Positions 7,552-13,771 of a stretch of 13,771 bases of DNA are shown here, in pieces. The notes under the pieces were generated by a model. That model was not told the origin of the DNA and made no database searches. It saw only the letters and a list, made by a program, of their open reading frames with translations. The position numbers and the translations under genes are program-made. The stretch is from positions 1-13,771 of the forward strand of contig JBDRIM010000010.1 of assembly GCA_043816005.1 (NCBI GenBank), in the 5' to 3' direction. This DNA comes from Candidatus Micrarchaeota archaeon. GTDB lineage: Archaea > Micrarchaeota > Micrarchaeia > Anstonellales > Bilamarchaeaceae. Within the stretch, counting starts at the first letter, position 1. Each line of letters opens with the position of its first letter.

Positions 7552-8184
7552 ATGGATAAGAAAAAACTTATAGAAGCTATTAGTAAGATTCTCGAAGAAA
7601 AAGGAAAGAGAAAATTCAAACAGAGTGTTGAGATAATCATCAATATGAGAGGGATTGACTTCTCAAAAAGTGAAAACAGACTCAACATAGATATTGTTCT
7701 GCCAAAAGGTAAAGGCGGCAAGGAACTTAAATCAGCAGTTTTTGCCGAAGGTACCATGGCTGATGAAGCCAAAAAAGCAGGTGCAGACTTGGTAATAACA
7801 CCAGATGCAATTCCAGCATATGCAGAATCATCAAAAGTAAGTGATCTTGCAGATAATTATTTCATGTTATCTCAACCCAACCTTATGGGTGCAGTTGCAA
7901 AATCACTTGGTCAATATTTAGGTAAACGAGGTAAACTTCCAAAACCAATAATAGGGAATATTTCTGATCTAATAAAAAGATCGAAAAACAGTGTCAGAAT
8001 TGTTTCGAAAGGTAAACACCTTCCAGTTGCACAAGCACTTATAGGCACTGAGATAATGGATACTGATGACCTTGTTGACAATGCTGAAGCAGTATACGAC
8101 GCATTAAAAGGCAAGGTAAATGAAGGCAACATCAAGTCAGTTTATGTTAAATTGACTATGAGTAAGCCAGTTAGAGTTGTTTAG
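7552..8184 (+). CDS. rpl1: 50S ribosomal protein uL1
   Basis: Motifs KRKFKQSVEIIINMRGIDF, LGQYLGKRGKLPKP and NIKSVYVKLTMSKP. First gene of the L1-L10-L12 cluster. Confidence 0.97.
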   Translation: MDKKKLIEAISKILEEKGKRKFKQSVEIIINMRGIDFSKSENRLNIDIVLPKGKGGKELKSAVFAEGTMADEAKKAGADLVITPDAIPAYAESSKVSDLADNYFMLSQPNLMGAVAKSLGQYLGKRGKLPKPIIGNISDLIKRSKNSVRIVSKGKHLPVAQALIGTEIMDTDDLVDNAEAVYDALKGKVNEGNIKSVYVKLTMSKPVRVV

Positions 8185-8194
8185 GGTGGATTAA

Positions 8195-9052
8195 ATGACA
8201 TACAAAACTGACGTTAACAAAAAAGAGATAAAGAAAAAAGCAGAGCAAGTTCAAAAAGCTATTGCAGACATGAAAAAATATAAAACAGTTGCAATGCTTG
8301 ATTTGAGAAAGCTACCTGATTCACTCTTCCAATCATTAAGAAAGAAGATTAGAGAAAACGGAGGCCTGGTTTTAGTTCTTAAAAAACCAGTCGTAAGTAG
8401 AGTGCTTGCAGCAAACAAAAAACTTGCTGAGAAAGTTGGCGAATGTAACAAACCAATTGCTCTTATTTACACAAACCAATCTGCTTATGAGTTAAATTCC
8501 TTCTTCAAACAAAACAAAAAGACGAGAGCAGCAAAGTCAGGTGATATTGCAGTTGTTGACATTATTGTTCCAGAAGGAGAAACTGATCTTCCAGCTGGTC
8601 CAGCTTTATCTGAACTTAAGGCAGCGGGTCTTAATGCACAGATAAGAGCAGGTAAAATTGCAATAGTAAAAGAGAGCACAGTTGCCAAGGCAGGGGAGAA
8701 AATAACAGATGCAAAGGTCAAAGCACTCCAAACACTTAGTGTTCGTCCATTTGAGGTCATGGCCAATTTAATTTTTGGATTCGATGGAGAGTACATTTAC
8801 TCAAGACAACTTTTGGATATCGGAGATAGCATAAATGCAGATGTTGCAAATGGATTATCACAGGCATTGAATGTTTCATTGAATGTTAATTATCCAACCA
8901 AACAGAACATTAATTTACTGCTTGGAAGTGCCGTAAAGCAATCGATAAATTTTTCGCTAAATGGTAATTTATATTCATCAAACTCAATCGGGCAGCTTCT
9001 CTCCTCTGCAATAAGGCAGGGGATGGCTTGTGAGAGTTTGAATAAGAAATAA
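8195..9052 (+). CDS. rplP0: 50S ribosomal protein uL10 (acidic P0)
   Basis: AKSGDIA..DIIVPEGETDLPAGP (archaeal/eukaryal domain II) and LSLNVNYPT. Lies between uL1 and L12, with a GGTGG SD. Confidence 0.95.
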   Translation: MTYKTDVNKKEIKKKAEQVQKAIADMKKYKTVAMLDLRKLPDSLFQSLRKKIRENGGLVLVLKKPVVSRVLAANKKLAEKVGECNKPIALIYTNQSAYELNSFFKQNKKTRAAKSGDIAVVDIIVPEGETDLPAGPALSELKAAGLNAQIRAGKIAIVKESTVAKAGEKITDAKVKALQTLSVRPFEVMANLIFGFDGEYIYSRQLLDIGDSINADVANGLSQALNVSLNVNYPTKQNINLLLGSAVKQSINFSLNGNLYSSNSIGQLLSSAIRQGMACESLNKK

Positions 9053-9062
9053 AAGGAGATTA

Positions 9063-9084
9063 AAAAAGAACCTTGGTTCTTTTT
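9063..9084. repeat. Perfect 10-bp inverted repeat in the P0-L12 spacer
   Basis: AAAAAGAACC-TT-GGTTCTTTTT, ending 2 nt before the GAGGTG SD of L12. Confidence 0.85.
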
Positions 9085-9097
9085 ATGAGGTGTAAAA

Positions 9098-9403
9098 ATG
9101 AAAGTAGATCCATATTTGCACGCTGTGCTTGTTTTGCATGGCGCTGGGAAAGAAGTTAGTAAGGAAAGCATTTTAGCTGTTGTAAAGGCAAGTGGTGCTG
9201 AAGTCGATGAGGCTCATGCAAAAGTACTTGCTGAAGCAGTTAAAGACGTAAACTTCGAAGACCTTCTAAAACAATCAGCAATGGTTGCAGCAGCTCCAGT
9301 TGCAGCAGCTCCAGCAGCTGAAGGAAAGAAAGAAGAAAAGAAGGAAGATGAAGGAAAGAAAGAAGAACAAGCAGCAGAAGGTTTGGCTAACTTGTTCGGG
9401 TAA
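9098..9403 (+). CDS. rpl12: 50S ribosomal stalk protein P1/L12 (archaeal)
   Basis: YLHAVLVLH.AGKEV N-terminus, Ala/Pro hinge, charged stretch and C-terminal GLANLFG. Confidence 0.97.
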   Translation: MKVDPYLHAVLVLHGAGKEVSKESILAVVKASGAEVDEAHAKVLAEAVKDVNFEDLLKQSAMVAAAPVAAAPAAEGKKEEKKEDEGKKEEQAAEGLANLFG

Positions 9404-9453
9404 GCGTAGCGAACCCGGACAATCTTGAACTTGTTCAAGGCTTGTTCGGTTAA
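9391..9453 (+). repeat. Double hairpin bracketed by a duplication of the rpl12 3' end
   Basis: CTTGTTCGGGTAA (9391-9403) and CTTGTTCGGTTAA (9441-9453), period 50 nt. Hairpins: TTGTTCGGGT/ACCCGGACAA (9392-9422) and CTTGAAC-TT-GTTCAAG (9424-9439). Confidence 0.85.
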
Positions 9454-9477
9454 TTTTCTTTTTTAATTTTTTATTTT
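9454..9477 (+). terminator. Oligo-T tracts, probable terminator of the L1-P0-L12 operon
   Basis: TTTTCTTTTTTAATTTTTTATTTT just after the last gene and its hairpins. Confidence 0.6.
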
Positions 9478-9543
9478 AATTGTTATAACTAGTTTTGAAA
9501 AAAATAAGATAAGAGTTATAAGGTACATAGAAGAATAATTCTT

Positions 9544-9852
9544 ATGATAAAAAGGCCGAAAATCAGCAAAGAGGAACTGATAGCAGACCTGATATACATT
9601 TTAATCGGTGCAATTGTTGCATTCATTGCAATATTCATATTCGACATACACTGGAGTTTCTATCCTGGAGAAACAGTATTGCCACCAAGCAGACATGTTT
9701 TCCAAACTCATGATCCGTATTATTTTGGTATCCCAATTGGTGCAATTGTTGGCTTTTTCATATTGAAACTACTTTCATTTGCCTTTATGGAAGATGAAAT
9801 AGCACATGAAAAGATGGTAAAAACCAAAAAATCAGTGAAAAAAAAGCAATGA
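9544..9852 (+). CDS. Small membrane protein, two predicted TM helices, unknown function
   Basis: Hydrophobic LIYILIGAIVAFIAIFIF and FGIPIGAIVGFFILKLLSFAF segments with a basic tail. TTATAA lies about 25 nt upstream (leaderless-type spacing). Confidence 0.7.
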   Translation: MIKRPKISKEELIADLIYILIGAIVAFIAIFIFDIHWSFYPGETVLPPSRHVFQTHDPYYFGIPIGAIVGFFILKLLSFAFMEDEIAHEKMVKTKKSVKKKQ

Positions 9853-9885
9853 AACCTATTTATTTCTAGCTTCTGTTAGTAAAGT

Positions 9886-10818
9886 ATGCACAGGGATATA
9901 AAAAAAATTATAGGTGATATAAAATCCCTAAAGATACAAGGCGCAAGGAATGTTGCTAAAGCTGCCGTAAATGGGCTTGCTATAGCAGCAAAAAAATCAA
10001 AAACAAAAACAGCTCAAGCATTCAGTCATGAAATGCGTGATGTAGCTAATGCACTTGCCACTAGCAGACCAACAGAACCGATGATGAGAAATATGCTTGA
10101 TGAGGGACTGTATTTCATAGAGCAAGCAATTAAATCAAAGAAAACCACCAAATCATCATTAGTAAAACTATTAGTAAATCACGAAAAACAAATGATCAAC
10201 AAAATGGAATTGGATGCTAAGCGCTTGGCACAATATGGTGCAAAACTTATCCCTGACGATGCACTCGTATTAACTTATTGTCATTCTTCCACTACAACAA
10301 GAATTTTAATTGAAGCTAAAAGAATGCGTAAAAAATTTTCAGTGGTTGCATTTGAAACACGACCAAGATTTCAAGGGAGAATAACTGCAGCAGAACTTGC
10401 AAAGGCTGGTATAGATGTTACTCTTACAGTAGATGGTGCTATGTATCTATTTATGAAAAAAGCAGATATTGTTATCGTAGGAGCTGATTCAATAACATCA
10501 CGAGGAGATTTGATAAATAAAATTGGCACTGCAACAATTGCGCATATAGCAAAAATGAATGACGTCTCGTTTTACAGTGCAGCTGAATTATCAAAATATA
10601 GTGCAATGACAATTTTTGGCACGCGTGAAAAAATAGAGGAGAGAAACTCAAAAGAAGTTTGGGAGAAACCACCAAAGGGAGTGACAATAAGAAATCCTGC
10701 ATTCGAAGCAACCGCAGCAAAATACATAAATGGTTATATAACTGAGATAGGAGTAATACCACCACAATCATTCTTCACAATGGCAACTAATAAATTAGGT
10801 ATAAAATTATATGAATAA
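9886..10818 (+). CDS. e2b2: Ribose-1,5-bisphosphate isomerase (eIF2B-like family)
   Basis: Motifs IQGA, RPTEP, LTYCHS (catalytic Cys), ETRPRFQG, VGADSI (catalytic Asp), NKIGT and RNPAFE. Directly upstream of AMP phosphorylase. Confidence 0.9.
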   Translation: MHRDIKKIIGDIKSLKIQGARNVAKAAVNGLAIAAKKSKTKTAQAFSHEMRDVANALATSRPTEPMMRNMLDEGLYFIEQAIKSKKTTKSSLVKLLVNHEKQMINKMELDAKRLAQYGAKLIPDDALVLTYCHSSTTTRILIEAKRMRKKFSVVAFETRPRFQGRITAAELAKAGIDVTLTVDGAMYLFMKKADIVIVGADSITSRGDLINKIGTATIAHIAKMNDVSFYSAAELSKYSAMTIFGTREKIEERNSKEVWEKPPKGVTIRNPAFEATAAKYINGYITEIGVIPPQSFFTMATNKLGIKLYE

Positions 10819-10830
10819 ATAGGTGAAAAT

Positions 10831-12393
10831 ATGGTAGACTACGTTGAATCTGAACAAAAAAAAGTAGATGTCTGGAAATTCAAAAAATATGCATGCAAAG
10901 TGAAACCAATAGATATTTTCACTGGTAAAAACATAATTGTCCTAAATAAAGAAGAAGCACAGGAGCATGATATTTATTCAGGATATAGGACTGAGTTGAA
11001 ACATGATGGAACAAGTATTATTGCAATAGTAGATGTAAGTGATGAGATAGTTGAACGAGGCGAAGTTGGAATTTTCCGTGATTTAACAAGCTGGCATAAA
11101 CTCAAGAAAGGGGAAATAGTAGAAATAGTTCATATGAACAGACCAGAATCTATAACATATATCAAAAAGAAATTAGATAAAGGTGTACTCAACACTAAAG
11201 AAATTAGAACGATAGTAAAGGAAATAATGCAGGATAGATTAAGCGAAATAGAAACATCTGCATGGATAGCAGCTGCATACATAAATGGATTCTCAGATGA
11301 TGAAATTATATCGTTGGCAGAAGCAACTGTTGATTCTGGCGATCAGTTGGATCTGGGTAAGCATCCCGTTCTGGACAAACATTGTATAGGTGGCGTAGCA
11401 GGAAATAGAACGACTATGTTGGTAGTTCCCATAATTGCAGCTCTGGGTATGTACATGCCAAAAACATCATCACGATCAATAACCTCAGCTGCAGGAACAG
11501 CTGATACAATGGAAGTTTTGGCTGATGTTACGTTTAATATGGAAGAACTTCGTTCAATGGTATTGAAAGCAAAAGGTGCAATTGTTTGGGGTGGAGGAAT
11601 GAAACTTGCCCCAGTCGATGACAAGCTCATAAGAGTCAGACATCCGTTAAGTCTTGATCCAGAAGGTATGCTTTTAGCAAGTATCCTTGGTAAGAAAAAA
11701 AGTGTTGGTGCAGAATACGCTGTAATTGATATTCCTGTTGGGCGTGGTGTTAAAGTACCTTACATGGAACGTGGAAACGAACTTGCAAAACATTTCATAA
11801 GTGTTGGAGATAAACTTGGAATAAAGATAGAAGCTTTGATAACAGATGGTGCAGAGCCGATTGGAAATGGGATTGGACCGGCACTTGAATGTATAGATGT
11901 GTTAGAAGTACTTGAGGGTAAAGGTCCAGATGATTTAAAGCATAAAAGCCTTTTACTAACAGGCAAATTGCTTGAGTTATGTGGGAAAGTGGATAAAGGC
12001 AAAGGATATGGAATTGCAGAGAATACACTTATGAATGGTAAAGCAATGGCTAAATTCAGAGAGATAATTGAATTGCAAGGTGGTGATCCAAAAATAAAAT
12101 CATCTGATATTACACTTGGATCAGCTAGCCACACCGTAACTGCAGAAACATCCGGAAGTATCTTTCATATAGACAATAAAATAATGGCAAAAATAGCAAG
12201 AATTGCTGGTTCTCCGCGTGACAAGGGTGCTGGCGTATTCCTCCATAGGCTTCGGGGTGATAGAGTAGAAGTTGGAGACAAACTTTATACTATACATGCC
12301 GAAAGCGGAACAACATTGGATTTTGCCTTAAAAGCAATCAAAGACCTTGAACCAATAGAGATGAGGAAAATGTTGTTAGGAAGTCTGCAGTAA
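10831..12393 (+). CDS. deoA: AMP/NMP phosphorylase (thymidine phosphorylase family, archaeal long form)
   Basis: Motifs DKHCIGGVAGNRTT, PKTSSRSITSAAGTADTMEVL, PLSLDP and NGIGPALE, with an extra N-terminal domain. GGTGA SD 4 nt before the ATG. Confidence 0.95.
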   Translation: MVDYVESEQKKVDVWKFKKYACKVKPIDIFTGKNIIVLNKEEAQEHDIYSGYRTELKHDGTSIIAIVDVSDEIVERGEVGIFRDLTSWHKLKKGEIVEIVHMNRPESITYIKKKLDKGVLNTKEIRTIVKEIMQDRLSEIETSAWIAAAYINGFSDDEIISLAEATVDSGDQLDLGKHPVLDKHCIGGVAGNRTTMLVVPIIAALGMYMPKTSSRSITSAAGTADTMEVLADVTFNMEELRSMVLKAKGAIVWGGGMKLAPVDDKLIRVRHPLSLDPEGMLLASILGKKKSVGAEYAVIDIPVGRGVKVPYMERGNELAKHFISVGDKLGIKIEALITDGAEPIGNGIGPALECIDVLEVLEGKGPDDLKHKSLLLTGKLLELCGKVDKGKGYGIAENTLMNGKAMAKFREIIELQGGDPKIKSSDITLGSASHTVTAETSGSIFHIDNKIMAKIARIAGSPRDKGAGVFLHRLRGDRVEVGDKLYTIHAESGTTLDFALKAIKDLEPIEMRKMLLGSLQ

Positions 12394-12771
12394 TCGTGCA
12401 TGCTCGATCATAATGCATTTATTCATCACAATGTTCAGCCCTGCTTTTCTTGCAAGTTCTGCTGCAGGTATTACACTTAACTGCATCCAGATTGTTTTTG
12501 CCTTAGCTTGAATAGCTTCTTCAACTATAGGCATAACATCTTTGCTTTTTCTAAAAATATCAACAATATCAATTTTTTCTTTAATTTTATTAAGAGAAGT
12601 ATATGACTTTAGACCACACCATTCTTCTATATTCGGATTAACCGGAAAAATTTTGTAACCATGTTTCAAAAGATAGCTCGCAACACAAAAACTTGGACGA
12701 TCTGGATTATCTGAAAGACCAACAATGGCAATTGTTTTTGATTCTTGTAGAATAAATTTCAGATTAACCAT
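12376..12771 (-). CDS. CoA-binding protein (YccU-like)
   Basis: Motifs TIAIVGLSDNPDRPS, PVNP, IDIVDIFR, IWMQL and VMNKC. Start set at ATG 12771 (MVNLK...) because the track's extension runs through the TATA box. Confidence 0.9.
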   Translation of the reverse strand: MVNLKFILQESKTIAIVGLSDNPDRPSFCVASYLLKHGYKIFPVNPNIEEWCGLKSYTSLNKIKEKIDIVDIFRKSKDVMPIVEEAIQAKAKTIWMQLSVIPAAELARKAGLNIVMNKCIMIEHARLLQTS

Positions 12772-12790
12772 GGTAAAACCAAAACGCCTA

Positions 12791-12800
12791 AATTTATAAG
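12791..12800. promoter_or_regulatory. TATA element in the 55-nt divergent gap between the CoA-binding gene and tRNA-Tyr
   Basis: AATTTATAAG reads TTTATAAG on + and TTATAAAT on -, at promoter-like distance from both starts. Confidence 0.65.
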
Positions 12801-12826
12801 AACTTCCCTGCACGTTTTCATTCTAT

Positions 12827-12988
12827 CCCGTCGTAGCTCAAAGCCTTGAAAGGGTTCTTTCAAGATTTACCCGCCAAGGCGTGTAACGGTAGAGCGGTCG
12901 GCTGTAGTTTTGATTTACTCGATTTTGACGAGTTATATCTACGCCAGTAGATACCGACAGGTTGCTTGTTCAAATCAGGCCGACGGGA
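12827..12988 (+). tRNA. trnY: tRNA-Tyr(GTA) with two introns (12842-12886 at position 15/16; 12908-12952 at 37/38); CCA not encoded
   Basis: Acceptor CCCGTCG/CGACGGG with discriminator A (C1-G72, A73: archaeal Tyr identity). D-stem GCTC/GAGC, anticodon stem GTCGG/CCGAC, loop CT-GTA-G|A, variable loop AGGTT, T-arm GCTTG-TTCAAAT-CAGGC. Confidence 0.93.
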
Positions 12989-13006
12989 CTTCCCTATTAT
13001 AAACGA

Positions 13007-13771
13007 TTAGACACTTCCAGCACCTCTTTGAACAACTTCGCTTAGTGCTGGATGAATGTGAATAGTATTGATTATGTCATTAACATGAGATTTCCCTGCT
13101 TTCATCGATACCAAAACTTCATGTATTAATGTTGATGCTTCTGGCCCAATTATATGGCAACCAAGAATTTTACCTTCATAATCAGTTATGAATTTGACAA
13201 AACCATCTTTTTCTGCCAATGCCTCCCCCATTCCAGTTTTACTATATTCGTATTTTCCAACTAGATAATCTATTTTCTTCTCCTTAAGCTCTTGCTCAGT
13301 TGCTCCAACACCTGCAATTTGTGGACTTGAAAAAACAGCATGTGGCATTGCCGTATAATCAACTGGTTTTTTGTGTTCTGGATTAAGAATGGCAATTGAG
13401 ACGTATTCTGCTTCCAAATTTGCTGAATGTTTAAATAAAAATTTTCCTGCAATATCCCCTATTGCCCAGATTCCAGGAATGTTTGTTTCCATGTATTCGT
13501 TTGTTTCCACATAACCATCTTGGTTTGTTCTTACACCAGTTTTAGCAACATCAAGAATATCAGTATTTGGTACCCTGCCAGTTGCAATGAGTAAATCAGT
13601 CCCTTCAACAACAGTACCCTCCTTACTATAAACAAAAATTTTACTGCCTTTTTTCTCGACTTTTTGAACTGGGAATCTTAGTTTAACGGGATAATTTTTT
13701 GAAAAAAGTTCAGTGAATTTAAGTCCGATTTCTTCATCTTCATCAGGCAATAATCTGACATTGCGCATGAG
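13007..13771 (-). CDS. Class-I pyridine nucleotide-disulfide oxidoreductase (dihydrolipoamide dehydrogenase/mycothione reductase-like), 3' part only
   Basis: Motifs LLIATGRVPNTD, ETNIPGIWAIGD, PHAVFSSPQIA, GKILGCHIIG and HIHPALSE. The N-terminal FAD/disulfide region is outside the window. Confidence 0.9.
   Translation of the reverse strand, partial: LMRNVRLLPDEDEEIGLKFTELFSKNYPVKLRFPVQKVEKKGSKIFVYSKEGTVVEGTDLLIATGRVPNTDILDVAKTGVRTNQDGYVETNEYMETNIPGIWAIGDIAGKFLFKHSANLEAEYVSIAILNPEHKKPVDYTAMPHAVFSSPQIAGVGATEQELKEKKIDYLVGKYEYSKTGMGEALAEKDGFVKFITDYEGKILGCHIIGPEASTLIHEVLVSMKAGKSHVNDIINTIHIHPALSEVVQRGAGSV

Noticed and set aside
9886..10818. Translation factor eIF2B subunit or methylthioribose-1-phosphate isomerase
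   Set aside because: RPTEP and the intact Cys/Asp pair, together with adjacency to AMP phosphorylase, fit R15P isomerase better.
12455..12490. CoA-binding gene as a pseudogene (QLSVIPAAE looks about 2 residues short)
   Set aside because: The frame and other motifs are intact; a small in-frame indel is not enough evidence.
12908..12952. C/D box guide RNA or nested intron within the anticodon intron
   Set aside because: No proper RUGAUGA/CUGA boxes, and the internal hairpins do not form a correctly oriented BHB.
185..13452. Short track ORFs antisense to or overlapping real genes (185-499, 2203-2451, 3792-3995, 4112-4312, 5892-6086, 6001-6300, 6740-6934, 7515-7772, 7911-8135, 8251-8451, 8485-8796, 8890-9171, 9214-9438, 10472-10771, 11343-11630, 11760-12134, 11795-12028, 13270-13452)
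   Set aside because: Shadows of better-supported genes, with no recognisable motifs or independent start signals.
1..13771. Transposase, integrase, prophage or defence genes
   Set aside because: No ORF shows recognisable motifs. Any enzyme mobilising the hairpin inserts would have to be encoded elsewhere.

Overview
AT-rich archaeal genomic DNA: TATA boxes, GGTGA-type Shine-Dalgarno (SD) sites, eL41, P0/P1-type stalk proteins and an archaeal tRNA-Tyr. A DPANN lineage such as Micrarchaeota is plausible but only inferred. Gene order: a minus-strand argF-carA-(frameshifted Zn-finger/His-tail gene)-carB(5' end) operon; a HEXXH metallopeptidase; a GNAT-like protein that seems to start at ATA; stand-alone uS10; two hypotheticals; eL41; a FkbM methyltransferase; the uL1-uL10(P0)-P1/L12 operon; a small membrane protein; ribose-1,5-bisphosphate isomerase plus AMP phosphorylase; a CoA-binding protein; a tRNA-Tyr(GTA) with two 45-nt introns; and the 3' part of a class-I disulfide oxidoreductase. 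The most striking unexplained signal is a set of short (about 45-85 nt) hairpin-rich inserts in or beside housekeeping genes. They sit in frame in argF and carB, duplicate the 5' end of eL41 and the 3' end of L12, and form the tRNA introns. Several share a 'target / inverted copy / target' layout, and three share the motif AATCTTG-(inner hairpin)-CAAGGCTT. A circularly permuted uL1-binding site also covers the rpl1 SD. All calls were made by eye, without database searches or folding software.
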